DNA of 50,095 bases. Origin: Girardia tigrina. Taxonomy: Eukaryota. The notes under the pieces are model-generated. The model searched no databases. It had not been told where the DNA came from and saw only the letters and a list, made by a program, of their open reading frames with translations. A program made the translations under genes and the position numbers. The stretch lies in assembly GCA_001938485.1 (NCBI GenBank), contig MQRK01226795.1, forward strand, positions 24,680 to 74,774. The letters run 5' to 3'. This document shows positions 25,601-35,770 of this stretch, in pieces; the stretch's first letter is position 1; the number at the start of each line of letters is the position of its first letter.

Positions 25601-27565
25601 ACGCACAGTATCACATTTCTTGAGACAGATGACTTTAATGTGTCCGTTTTCCAAGTTGACTTAGACTTAGCCATTGATTTTTAAATTTTCTGTTATCGTA
25701 GACAACACAATTCTCATCGCACTTCAAAATCCGTTGCAATCCACCACAACTGAATTTGTGCAATAGTCAAAAACAGTCGTTAATTCGCCGTTTTTCGCAT
25801 TTCATAGAGTTCGTGCTGAACTCTTGACCACGTTTATTTTTCTTGTTCATTTTATTAAGGTTCTGAATAATAATTTATGGAAAGTTTGGAGTTCAGTGGT
25901 CAGTTAGCATGTTATTTGAGTAGGATGTATGTTTTTTTTATTTTAGGGAATGTATGTGGAAAGTGAAATACTTGGATTGGTTCAGAAGAAGAATTCGCTA
26001 TATTGCTAATACATACTGTGCATCAGCATTTCTTCTTCATGATGATATCCCTAATGTATTTGATCGCTTTAAACCACAATTACTTTTGATTACAGAAGAA
26101 CTGGTAAACTTATTTGAAGAAAGTTATATTCATGGACGGATTAGTTGACAATTGACTGGTGGTAAAATAAATCGAGCATTTCCATTACTTTCTCCGATAT
26201 TGTGCTCTGGATTTGAATCGAATTCAACAGGAATTCTTCTTCCTCAAAACATAGTGGAAGCCTGACTTTTAAGATGGCTAATTATAATTGAATAGATTCA
26301 TGTTGGAGTTTTTACTGTTATTTAAATTATTCAAAATGAACAACTGCAAAATGAAATTTTAACAGAAAGCTCAATGCGTGGGCAACCTAATCCTCAACGC
26401 AAGAAAAATTTAATTATAAGAGAAATGAGAATGATTTCAGGTGGAGGATTTGGTTAGATTTTAATGAACAGTATAAAACGCATAGTGAACAGACAAACTT
26501 TCTACTTTGTATGCTTAAAAGATACTCCTAATTAACAAGTAATGTTTTAAAACTGTAAAAGATCATAATGCCATTTTAAATTTTCATTTATTAAAAACAT
26601 GTTTCATCTTTATGGATGTGAGGAATATTTGGAATGTTGATTTTTCGTGTATTTTTTGCATGTTTAAATGTTGTATGTTGATTTGGGATTGTTTCTCTAT
26701 TAATCAGATGGATGATTAATATTTTAAGTCTTATAATCTGAAACTAATTTATGAAAATTTAGATTTAATATACAAATTTTTAATTTATTATTATTGTAAC
26801 TTAAATAATTTTTATTTTTGTAAATTTTTAAATAATTAAATCAAATTAATGTTTTAAATTATTATAAAAAGTAATTTATTTTTGACGAATAACATTTAAA
26901 ATAAATATTTTCAATAAAATAATTATTTTTAAGTTAGTTCAGATTTTGATCGATGAATTCGACCGAAAGCTTTATTACGGATTGTCATAAAAATGATCCA
27001 AATTGTGATTGTCACAGATGTTGTTACAAATTTGTGAATTCTCTTAACAATCACATCATCAGTTAATCAACTGCTATTGTTTATATAGTTAAGAAGATCA
27101 TTAAATCGTTCATATATTACGTTAAAATACTTTAAAATGATTAGATGAGTCACTTTACACGGTTAAACTACAAGGTAGGTTTCAGGAACTTAATTAACAG
27201 TGCTTCAGTTGTAACATTTGTACATTTCTCAACTGTCTTACACTTTAACATTCACAAATATTTCATGAACGAAACTCGAAAACCCCTTGCATTGACTTTA
27301 TCTTCATTTTTATATCAAAATAACAGATTACATTTATTTGGTCACACCATGTACTACATTTAAAAGTTCCGTTTACAATGTAAACTTTACATTAAAAAAG
27401 TTATATTAATAAATAAAAATATAGTCACAAATGATAATAATTTTTATCTTTCAGGGTCGTTTGATAGGAATCACAATTGGTTGTTTGTTGGGAATGTTGC
27501 CTTTGCTATTGTTTGACTATTCCGACCGCGGGAAGTGTGAAGCAAGTCGGGATAGGGAAAGTTGA
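6222..27565 (+). CDS. TMEM65: Transmembrane protein 65 orthologue, 6 coding exons, 196 aa
   Basis: Exons 6222-6429, 6477-6544, 11003-11057, 19820-19862, 19914-20019 and 27455-27565 join in frame through GT-AG introns (591 nt). Hallmark motifs: GIPFVGFGLLDNGIMILAGEYID..LG..FGISTMAAAGLGNLISDVVGIG..GYIE and GRLIGITIGCLLGMLPL. Basic N-terminus compatible with mitochondrial targeting. Confidence 0.96.
6477..6544 (+). CDS. TMEM65: TMEM65 exon 2
   Basis: ICIAYGIPFVGFGLLDNGIMILA; acceptor AATTAG, donor GTAAGG. Confidence 0.95.
6860..7222. mobile_element. MITE-like inverted-repeat element between (TA)n tracts
   Basis: About 55-bp inverted repeats GTCTCAGAAATTAAAATTTAAAAAAA... / ...TTTAAATTTTAATTTCTGAGAC. 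Confidence 0.7.
7250..7575 (+). repeat. Interspersed repeat (DNA-transposon terminal region), second copy at about 43221-43590
   Basis: Colinear similarity: GAATTTAGAAAC.TATTTTTGAAGG..TTTACTCAATC.ATTTTCTCCAA.CTTTGCACA...AAAAGATCTACTTAT...CAAGTAGAGTTCT...GATTTACTAGTT. Confidence 0.8.
7578..8910. repeat. Three diverged 0.5-0.7 kb units, each with facing degenerate TTAGGG/CCCTAA-like arrays
   Basis: Units begin near 7578, 8091 and 8801 (TGTAATAAT...GGGTTAGA.GTTAGAGTTAT...CTCTAACCC); shared downstream AT-rich block TTTTAAAACATTATTTTTG. Confidence 0.7.
10279..10632 (-). mobile_element. Solo-LTR-like repeat of the TGTGAGGAAT family; other copies start at 388, 11102 and 26617 (+)
   Basis: Shared start TGTGAGGAAT, internal CAGATGGA motif in three copies, AT-rich middle, and related tail (..CAT.TTG.TGTT.TTAATA). 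Contains an N gap; no TSD seen. Confidence 0.6.
11003..11057 (+). CDS. TMEM65: TMEM65 exon 3
   Basis: GEYIDLKLGVVFGISTMA; acceptor AATTAG, donor GTTAGA. Confidence 0.95.
11102..11505 (+). mobile_element. Solo-LTR-like repeat of the TGTGAGGAAT family
   Basis: Starts TGTGAGGAAT; its tail TTGTGATAATAATAAATGTTGCAAAACTCATATTGATGTTGTTAATA nearly matches 32896-32941, the distal part of the LTR that follows the gypsy PPT. Confidence 0.6.
12996..13110 (+). repeat. Truncated relative of the 5' end of the cassette at 41673-42466
   Basis: TGTCGTGTTCACCAAATCTTATCAGCAGCAGCAACCAATTAAGAGTTTT...TTAATTGGATTTACG aligns with the reverse complement of about 42352-42466. Confidence 0.85.
13134..13248. repeat. 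(TA)n microsatellite with assembly gap; others near 6805, 7223, 19618, 27767, 35721 and 44783
   Basis: Seen directly. Confidence 0.95.
14401..15772 (+). mobile_element. mariner (DD34D) transposon, defective, in TMEM65 intron 3
   Basis: TIRs TTGGGTTGGCCAAAAAGTCATT / AATGACTTTTTGGTCAACCCAA; TA on the left, TG on the right; motifs WLPHEL, TVDEK, QHDNARP, HPPYSPDLAPSDFHLF; frameshifts; N gap covers the N-terminus. Confidence 0.95.
16281..16656 (+). mobile_element. Solo LTR-like insertion
   Basis: TGTTATG...GGCAACA termini flanked by GTAG/TTAG (4-bp TSD with one mismatch). Confidence 0.55.
16719..17460 (+). mobile_element. Duplicated Helitron-like 5' ends (16719 and 17342) enclosing an exon-like fragment
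   Basis: TACTATAATA.AATT.TGATTTCTGTC...TGTCTG.GTGAAGTTCCCG occurs twice about 620 bp apart. A CTGT microsatellite after an AT-rich start is typical of non-autonomous Helitron ends. No 3' hairpin/CTRR identified. Confidence 0.45.
18450..19575. repeat. Old foldback element with internal 55-60 bp AT-rich tandem repeats
   Basis: AAAATCTTGTTATAGTTCCAAATTATTT (about 18450) is inverted at AAATAATTTGGAACTAACAAGATTTT (about 19550-19575); tandem ACTAATTAAA units at about 18680-18930. Confidence 0.55.
19820..19862 (+). CDS. TMEM65: TMEM65 exon 4
   Basis: (A)AGLGNLISDVVGIG; acceptor TTCTAG, donor GTGAGA. Confidence 0.95.
19914..20019 (+). CDS. TMEM65: TMEM65 exon 5
   Basis: TVGYIETWALKLGVKMPHLNATQRQLRSVKGAANL; follows a 51-nt intron; donor GTAATG. 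Confidence 0.93.
20888..21122. mobile_element. Short solo-LTR-like element
   Basis: TGTTATG...CGTAACA inverted termini; AATAAA near the right end; no clean TSD. Confidence 0.45.
21124..21512 (-). mobile_element. Decayed LTR-like cassette with coding-like interior
   Basis: Minus strand starts TGTCGTGTT (as at 12996 and, with one change, 42466) and ends ...CTATCATCA; interior is CG-dinucleotide-rich like host exons. Confidence 0.4.
21985..22700 (+). pseudogene. RTE/CR1-like non-LTR retrotransposon reverse transcriptase remnant
   Basis: NANHYIGIIFLQVAGKVLVRIILNRI, VRQ..ETVPYLFNL, YTGDL (degenerate YADD), FGLKISTAKTK, FCYLG; heavily disrupted. Confidence 0.8.
23400..25319 (-). mobile_element. 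hAT-superfamily transposon with a CGGBP1-like transposase, in TMEM65 intron 5
   Basis: Transposase on the minus strand from ATG at about 24895; TTTTGACTT(T)AT subterminal arrays at 23400-23490 and 25090-25300; right end ...AAATCGCCCTAG. Confidence 0.8.
23502..24895 (-). pseudogene. CGGBP1-like hAT transposase; 339-aa catalytic part open, N-terminal zinc-finger region frameshifted
   Basis: Motifs LVIDVSD, LISDAARYM, CLAHLLH (CxxH), VTRWGSW, PTSACVERSFS; N-terminal LYCEL...HRNSLKH remnant. Confidence 0.88.
25555..25855 (-). pseudogene. Highly decayed mariner transposase fragment
   Basis: LQRILKCDENCVVYDNRKFKNQWL...VILCV*W...VHWELFPRSQT echoes the mariner pattern (IVTCDEKWVxYDN..W..; MLCVWW; HxELLP). 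Confidence 0.7.
25950..26430 (+). pseudogene. Mutator/MULE transposase C-terminal fragment
   Basis: CASAFLLHDDIPNVFD...LVNLFEESYIHG...PQNIVEA*..RW...HVGVFTVI..IQNEQ, corresponding to the MULE RTxNxxEAWH region. Confidence 0.7.
26617..27060 (+). mobile_element. Solo-LTR-like repeat of the TGTGAGGAAT family
   Basis: TGTGAGGAATATTTGG...CAGATGGATGATT, similar to 11102 and 10632(-); right limit approximate. Confidence 0.55.
27455..27565 (+). CDS. TMEM65: TMEM65 exon 6 (terminal)
   Basis: Acceptor TTTCAG; GRLIGITIGCLLGMLPLLLFDYSDRGKCEASRDRES*. Confidence 0.95.
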   Translation, partial: GRLIGITIGCLLGMLPLLLFDYSDRGKCEASRDRES

Positions 27566-28368
27566 TTGAAATATAATCTCATATTGTTTATCGGAATTGT
27601 CTTTAATATTTCTATTATTACAACTGTTTGTAGATCGAGAATCACATATTATTTCTTTTTCTGTTTCTTAAGAAACTTTTAATATCAACATATTTTAGGT
27701 GCAATTTTTCAAATCTGTATTTATTTATTAAAAAAAAATTGGATATAAGCTTATTACATTATTTATTATATATATATATATATATANNNNNNNNNNNNNN
27801 NNNNNNNNNNNNNNNNNNNNNNNNNNNNNNNNNNNNNNNNNNNNNNNNATATATATTTGTGTGTAGCGGAACTCTTCGATCTCGAACAATTTCCATTGCA
27901 AAAAAACTTTTCACATAAGGGAGGTTATGTTAAAATATTTATGGATTATATTACTATTAATATTTTTTAATATTATGAAATATGGTTTAAGTTAGAATTA
28001 AAATTTGTTTTAATATTACTTAAATAAAATATCATTAATAGAGTGCTACGTTTTTTTCTAGTTTTAAGATACTATTATAATAGATGGAAGATGTCTTTAT
28101 TCGATAAAATTATTATTTAATGTAATACTTTATTTAGAGAAGTGATTTTATATTGTGTGATGTCGAGAAAATAGTCCTTGATACAAGATGAAGAGGCTTC
28201 TGGCTTAACGGGTTGTAAGTTCTAGTTGAAATTCGTGTTCGAGCATAGTAAATTTGACTTAGATAGGCCTTCAACTTAGAAAGTTGTTCGACTTTAGAGT
28301 TTTTGGTGTATATAAATAGATAAATAATATACATGTATTTAGCACTATGTTTGGTAATTACTTGTTCC

Positions 28369-29694
28369 CAGTGCTTTTTGTCTAGTAAAAAGGTTTGGAA
28401 ACTCCTTTTATATCTGTTTTTACCTTATGTCAGAAAGTACTATAATTGAATTTTTCCACTGAACACAAATTTATTTTACAGGAAATTTAAAGACATAAGC
28501 GCTTTTATAAAAAAATGAGAAACTCAAATAGTTTATTTATAATGAAAAACCGACATGACTAAAGTTTAGGTGGAAAAATCAAAAATGTATTCTATTGTAT
28601 TATGATACTGTACCGTATTAGGCTTTAAAACAACTTCCAGAGTTTTGTCATGCTTTCATCAGACAAATCATCTCGATTTCTTTTCTTGCTTTGTGAGTTT
28701 ACAGCTGAATGTTTACCTTGAAGCAGCCAAGAGTCTACGTACTTTGTAGGATCAAAATATGTTAGTGGAGGGCCGACCATTCTGATGAATAAAAGTGCCG
28801 AGACTGTTTTTGTCATAAGCGAAGCTCTCGTTGGGCGGGTTATCAAATTCATTTGTGAGAATTCCATTTCACACTCGCTGGAAGAAATGGAAATTGTATT
28901 AAGAGCATGTATCAGCGGAAGAATTCTTTCAGAATATATTATTTCCGTAAGATAATCACGGAATCCATGAATGTTTTCTCTTGCGTTAAGTTGCAGTCTG
29001 CTACACAATTTCTCAATTTCCGCTTCTCCAAATGTCAACTGGTTGTTCATGTTATCTGTCCAATGGCTCTGATCTAGTATGCTAGTCCATTGACTTAGTT
29101 CAACATCCTCATTAGACAATAATCTTTTCGCAATTGATTTGCTAAGTTTCTCGTAAAAGACATTTGCATCAATAGGAGGGTCATTTTTGCAGTTTCTGTT
29201 GTGTAGTACTATTTCATTAAATATTAGATGCTCAGCAGCTGTTGTTGCACTCCTGTAGTATGGGCCTGGATTTTCCCTTCGTTCCACGAACACCTGTACG
29301 AGTGATTTTATTTTTTGATTCGCTTTGTAAAGATTCATGTTTCACTGCTGTAGGTCCAAGCTCAATTCAGATAACTCTTGAAGAGCATCACACATCAGAC
29401 CAAGATCCATAACAAATTCAGTTGATGCTATTTTCTTCTTCAAACCTTCATATGTACATTTCTCATTATTACTTCTTGTGGGATCAGTAATTGCTTCTTC
29501 AAAATGATTTACCAGAGCAGCATAATTATTCCACACTGCACGGAAACTTGACGAAACCCATCGCGTACTTAATACCCGTCTAATTTTTAATAACTCTACT
29601 TCAAGTAATTTAGCACATGAATATAGTTCTCTACTATTTCTTGGAGAAGCATGGTATATTACGTATAGCTTATCAAGGAATGATTTAAATCTAT
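28369..29694 (-). mobile_element. 5'-truncated hAT transposon (KIAA1586-like transposase)
   Basis: NRFKSFLDKLYVIYHASP, LSTRWVSS, DLGLMCDALQELSELSLDLQ, dimerisation domain SSSECEMEFSQMN (CERGFS degenerate); terminus CAGTGCTTTTTG at 28369. Confidence 0.88.
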
Positions 29695-30174
29695 TGACCG
29701 GTCAACTGAGTTTGAACGATGTGGGTGAGAGAATCACAAAACACCGGGGAAGGAATAATAGGTCCAAATGAATCACAAAGCGAAAAACAATCCACAAAGT
29801 ATAATTTCACAGACATCGATGATTTATTTAATACAATCATGAGACTCATCAAAGTTGATTTACGATTGAAAATTATTCTTCACGTTTTTTTCAGTTTCAT
29901 CATTTTTAGGTTATTTAAACATTTTTTTTAATTTATCTTTAAATTATTTTCATTCTAATTTAAGCATTAATTTAAGCACACCAACGATTAATGAATTCAC
30001 AATTTATTTGCAATTGTCAAGTTTTCTTTTTTTTTGATTAAAGAAGATACTAAATATTTATGAATAGAATAATTTGTGATTTTGGAGAATTTATAATTAA
30101 TTAAAAGATTATTTTTTCTTTTTTTTAATTTTCAATTTTTCAACCGAAAGAGCGGAGCGTCGGAGGTGGGGTCA
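29695..30174 (-). mobile_element. 480-bp LTR-like cassette between the hAT and gypsy remnants
   Basis: Termini TGACC...GGTCA; GC-rich start, AT-rich block, ATG at 29903, frame open to the end apart from one TGA at codon 8; no TSD or PPT. Confidence 0.5.
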
Positions 30175-30249
30175 GTGAAGTTTTGTGAGACTGGGTGTGT
30201 GAGATCCACAATCCGATGTCCATTTGGAAAAAGTGACCCCTTATCTTTG

Positions 30250-31147
30250 GATTTGGCTGAGTGTTTCGTGATTGTCGTCGTCCTTTAAACGCGGTGCTGG
30301 TTTTAATTTTTTCTATGTTTATGGTTCGTGGATTCCAGTTTACGTCTATGGATACTGTGTTGGTTGTTTGATTGAATGATATCACGCGGTGAGGGTCTGA
30401 GTATCGCATTTTTAAAGACGATTGATTCTCTGTCTTGAGCCATACGAATTGGGAATCGAACAAAGAAGGCGGTATGTGAATGTTCCATAAATGGTTGTTT
30501 GTGGTGGTTGTATCCAGGTTGGCAAAGTGTTTTCTGGCCATTTGGATTTGAACATCCGAGGTTGGATTATCATTGAAGAAAATTGATATTTTTCTGGTTT
30601 TATCTGTAGTTTGTGAGTCTGGAGTCTGTGCAGGACATCTGCTAGATGACTGCGGTGTTCTTCTGCGTTGCGTGATGCTATGATTATATCATCAATGCAT
30701 GCTACTGCGAAGTCCAATCCTTGTAGCACGGTGTCAATGTGCCGTTGAAATGTTTTTGACGTTACAGAGGGACTCCAGAACTGTGGTGACTCTGGTGAGG
30801 AATACTGATGGAGTACTGTTGGTTAATGAATGTGATGTGAAATACTTCTTGAATACTTCGAAAGAAGTATGTGAATTAAGGTGATGCTTTAATTCGTTGT
30901 AGGGCTCGTTGGCTGTCGAAATGTCACTCAATTTGTTTGCGATGGATTGAAGAAGCTCAGATGAGACTATGGATAGAGTGTTGTGAAATAGTGATTGTTG
31001 AGAAGTGATGCGTTGAGACTTGAATCTCAAATCTAGTATTTCAAGCCAACATAGTGGACTGCCTCGTGAGTCTAAGATGTATGGGAATGGTGTTGAAGGA
31101 ATTGATATAGCGTGATTAGAATATTCTCTGATTGATTCCTGATTCAT
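30250..31147 (-). mobile_element. Internally deleted Ty3/gypsy element (gag, RT and integrase-tail pieces)
   Basis: gag PLCWLEILDLRFKSQRITSQ...EPYNELKHHL...TPSVFL; RT GLDFAVACIDDIIIAS..EEHRSHL; GPY/F-like tail SLKMRYSDPHRVI...TINIEKIK. Confidence 0.85.
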
Positions 31148-31229
31148 GCCACCTAGCAGTATAGGGTAAGCCGAGATTTGTGCGTCTTGAAGAATGCCGT
31201 AATGATGTAATGAAAAATGAGAACGTAAA

Positions 31230-32941
31230 GGTTTGAAGCCCGAGGATAACCAAACTGGTTGACCTGAGAGACCAATTCGATATGGAAGAAGTAAAGAAGA
31301 ACAGTAAAAGAGGTAGTGGAGTCATGCATAGAATGCCAAGAAACGAAGACAAGAACTACAAAATCAAAGGAAGAAAATATACAGATAACAGCTTCAGAAA
31401 TGTTCGAAAAGATATACATAAACATTTGTGGACCGTGGAACGAAACAATAAGAAAAGAGAGGTACATTTTCAGAATGATAGACTATTTCAGCAAATATGT
31501 AAGCTTGACAGACATTAAAAGATAGGACAAAGAAACTATTATACAAATTATATTACAAAAATGGATACTAAAATTCGGTGCACCAAAAGAGATACATTTT
31601 GATTGTGGTAAAAGTTTTGAATCGAAAAGAGTTAAAGAAATGTATGAGTCAAGGGGCATTAAACTGATCTTTTCAAGTCCGTACCACCATAATACCAATG
31701 GGATAATTGAAAGGCAATTCTGAACTATTTGGGAGTTCATCCAAACAAGCATTAAAGAGAGAAACTCCTTGAGTTTGGCAGACATACTACCAGAGGTAGA
31801 ATTTGCAATAAACGCTACAAAACAGAAAACGATAGGGTTTAGCCCAGTAGACGTAGTATTTGGGAGGAAAATAGACAGACAAAAATGGCACAGTTACAGT
31901 AAAATGGACAGAGAGAACTTAAGACAAAAGATAAAAGAGAAGAACACGCCGGTGAAAACAGGAACGAGAACAACTTACAAAGTGGATGATAAGGTCTGGA
32001 TTATGAAAGAAATATGAAAGAAAGGCGAAGACAGATTTGAAGGACCTTACGAAATCATTGAAGATTCACGAACAGAGTCATAGACTCAAAGATGAAAATG
32101 ATAAAAAAAATAGTAAGGAATGTAGAGAAATTCAAAAATTTCAAAAACGGGGGGGGATGTTATTACAATAGTAGCTTTTTTTGAGTTCATAAAATTTTCC
32201 AATTTGAAATCTAATCAATTTAATAATTCAATATTTTATATTTCTATTTACAGATTAGGTTAAAATGAGATTTTTATAAAATAGTATAAAAAAAGAATTT
32301 ATATAAAATTAATTTAATATTTAATTTTAATGTGAATATAAAACCTATAAATAGATTTATTAATAAAGTCAATTGCAATTTTATGAAACATAATATTTAA
32401 TTTTTGAGAAATAATAAATAAACTAGAAAACTATTTGGTAACTTTTGATATTAATTCATAAATTTTAAATCAAAAGATAATTTTCAATTTTAATTTTATT
32501 TTTAAAAAGTTATGTTACCGAATCTAAAAAAATAATATTTAAATGATTATGAAAACAAAATGAAAATGTTGTGTTATAGAATGGGGAAATGTAATTGAGA
32601 AACTATTAAATTTAGGAAAATTTAATAAAAGATACAACAAAAACTTTGTGACAAATTTTAATAACTTTATAATTTTCACAAAAAAAGAATAAATTTAAAG
32701 TCCTAATAAATGAAATAACCATATCTATATTTATATTTATTTTTATTTAAAATGGTTTGTGTAAAAAAAGAAAGTGTGAAAGTTTCTAGAAAATATTTGT
32801 TTAAAAAACTTGAATTGTGTTAGAAATAAAGTTTTGCGTTAATGATATCTTCTTTTGATCAAGAACCAAATAATTGTTATAAAAGACAATTCTACTTGTG
32901 ATATTAATAAATGTTGAAAAATCATATTGACGTTGTTAATA
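31230..32941 (+). mobile_element. Ty3/gypsy 3' remnant: integrase, polypurine tract and 3' LTR
   Basis: SCIECQ, INICGP, IDYFSKY, FGAPKEIHFDCG, SPYHHNTNGIIER, FEGPYEII; PPT AAAAACGGGGGGGGA (32143-32157) directly followed by TGTTATT at 32158. Confidence 0.92.
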
Positions 32942-33058
32942 CGTATAAATTTCCCTTTTTAGTCGTATAAATTTCCGTTCGTACAGATGCTGGTCGTATA
33001 AATTTCCATTAGTATAAATTTCCTTCGTATAAATGTTTTCGTAGAAATTTCCACACGC
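32941..33058. repeat. Array of (C)GTATAAATTTCC motifs, probably a DNA-transposon subterminal region
   Basis: About 6 copies of a 12-13 bp motif at 15-30 bp spacing, ending ...TTCCACACGC. Confidence 0.65.
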
Positions 33059-33531
33059 GCATTTGAAGACAGTCTTTCCGATGCCGATCAGTTGAGACAA
33101 TAGATTGAGTAAGTCAGCCTTAACATTTTATTCAAATTAAAAGTAGGTTAACGGGATCGATCGACAATCGATATTACTGGGACATGTATATGACTTGAAA
33201 GCCATTCTTAAACATCAGCGTGAGCAAAATCTAGTGAAAGAGAAACATGTGGAAGATCACGTAAATCGCTTCTTAGATTTCGTTTTCCAATTACAAGAAA
33301 TGGATTGTATTTTCTCGACAATTCCTAATATGACCACAATAAATTATTTATTCAACAATTTCTGCCAACAAATTTTTTAACAAAAAAATTTTACCAATTT
33401 TTAACATTTGAACAAATTCACAACTATGAATCACAATTTTTAATTTTTACATTTATTTTAATTAGATAATTTCTTTTAATTCCACAATTATTAGTTTTGC
33501 ATTCAACTAACAAACACAATTCTTCTTTTCA

Positions 33532-33747
33532 CCCTTTCAACACGATTTTTTTATTTCAGTAATCCATGTAATATTATTGCCCAAAATATTTTTGTAATTA
33601 TTTTGCAATAATCTTTTTTATTCAATCTAGTCAAAATAAATTAGAAAAAAATATTTCGGGCTATAATATTACATGGATTAGTGAAATAAAAAAATCGTGT
33701 TGAAAGGGTGTGCTCTCGGACAATATGTTCCAACAGTGTTGAATGGG
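33532..33747. mobile_element. piggyBac-type MITE with a long internal palindrome
   Basis: CCCTTTCAACAC ... GTGTTGAATGGG flanked by TTCA/TTAA; 33530-33710 forms a near-perfect hairpin with arms of about 65-70 bp. Confidence 0.7.
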
Positions 33748-34778
33748 TTAAACAATTTTTTTCTTTCAAATTTATACAAATTCTTTCATTTCAAATATCC
33801 ATAATAATTTTAATAAAAGTAATATTCACAAGTTAACCACAAATCCACTTCAAAAAACAAAATATTATGAACGCCATTTTAAAGTTACAAAAGACCACTG
33901 AACGGCTTTTCACTAGCAAACCGTCTTTCAATTCGCTAATTCTCATTCATCGTCTCCTTATTATCTTTAATTATTTTCATTGATTCTCAACCCTACACTC
34001 TTATGACCCCTTCGACGGCAGGGCAGCCCGACCAACGTCCCCTCACAATATGAATCAGAATGCAAAACAAGAAACGGAATTTAAATCATAAAACAATTTG
34101 ATTCCCAAAAAATTCTTTGGTAAACTCTTTAGAAGCTTACTTCGACAAGTAGTCCATTCTAGTTTAAATTGACGAAGAGGATCCTAAAAGTGATATTATC
34201 ATTTTAAAAAGTATAAGGGATTTAGTCCAGAATCTTGGTTTTAAAAGACAAGCTGTAAATTTGCTGAAGTTAATGAAATCGATCCTAATAGCATTGGTCT
34301 ATGCTCAGAACGATAGCTGGGGCAGGTTTTTAAGACTTTAAATAATTAAGTATAATTATAAAAATAATTAAATATTCGAAATATTTATAGACTTTATGCA
34401 AATATATTACAATGAAAACTTGAAGTAAATATAAACACAAAAAACACTATTGTAAAAGGCAAAATTTATTATTTTTTTATTGGTTAGATAGTTATGGAGA
34501 TATATTGTTCTTATCGGTCATTTGCATCGCATATTAATGGTTTTGGAAGAACTAATTTATTTACATTTTAATCAAAGTAATTGTTTTCAGTTTTCCATTG
34601 CAAGGCTCTCACTGGTCTGCTGTCCTGCAATGATATGAGGGCACAAGTCATCAACATGGGGTTGTAACTACATTTATAAATTATAAGATTCCTCTGGAGG
34701 AAACTATTCATTGTTGGAAAAATTAAACCACTTATTTTAAGTTACTGAAAAGTTATTGTTAGATAGTTTCTTACGAAA

Positions 34779-35146
34779 ATGTTTTATTTTATTGAAATCC
34801 TTATTGGAATCGTTACATTCTTACGAGCCGAAAATGCAACTGTACGAGTAAGAACTGAATCGTCATGTATTCAAATAAGTTCCGTTTTATACGCCGATTC
34901 ATTTGTATTCGATCTTGGAAGCTCAACCTGCCAAATGTTTTATGTCTTTCCAGGAAACAACACTTGCGGTCCAGTGAGTTATACATCCACGAAGAATGTT
35001 AACAGAACAATTGGTAACAAAACCTTAAATATGTTACCTTAAAAACTGTTTTTACTTAAATATAATTAAGTCTTTTGTGAATTTAACTAATGTTATTTAC
35101 ATCATAAACTGAAGGGTCATCATCAACCGTTTTAGTGCATGACAAA
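34779..35146 (+). CDS. Candidate small secreted Cys-containing protein (possible PAN/apple-like segment); putative exons 34779-35013 and 35115-35146
   Basis: Hydrophobic N-terminus MFYFIEILIGIVTFLRA; C..SFVFD....CQMF pattern; several NxT sequons; donor GTAACA at 35014 and a short in-frame exon ending at GTAAGT (35147). Remainder not resolved. Confidence 0.35.
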
Positions 35147-35718
35147 GTAAGTTTACAATTTATAAAATATAAAAATGATTATATAACTCTTACATACAAA
35201 GTCAAATTCTAAAGTATTATCATTAAAATTTTATTTCCCAGAATTATTTTACAGGAAATTTTCATGGGATTTTTAAACATAATATACATTATAATTTACT
35301 TGGTTGGTAGCAAAAGTTTAGTGCAGAATTATTTTTATCAAGTCTTTTTCTTTAAAGAAGAAATTAAAACTAGAACGAAAAGGTTCAATATTCGAAGGTT
35401 GAAAAATACGAATGGATGTAGAAAAATGTTCTAAAAACACTATTGTGTACGATAACATCGATGTTTTCTGTTGTTCATGTTTCAGTACTACGAATATATA
35501 TTTATTAAACTGTTAATGGGACTACCTTCTGCTAGAAATTTGCCGACATAGTCCTGTATTTTTGCAAGCCCCCCGGATTGCGGTAGGCAATCAATTTGTC
35601 CTGGAATTTCATTTCAATATTGGAACTAACAAGCAAACATTTACAAATAGATTGTATTTACAAATACATTGTATTTCGAATTTTTAATCCATTTTTAATC
35701 CATAATCCAATTTTTAAT

Positions 35719-35770
<52 letters not shown>

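Noticed and set aside
27865-28285. Possible pogo-like MITE ends
   Set aside because: Inverted-repeat match is too short and no TSD is identifiable.
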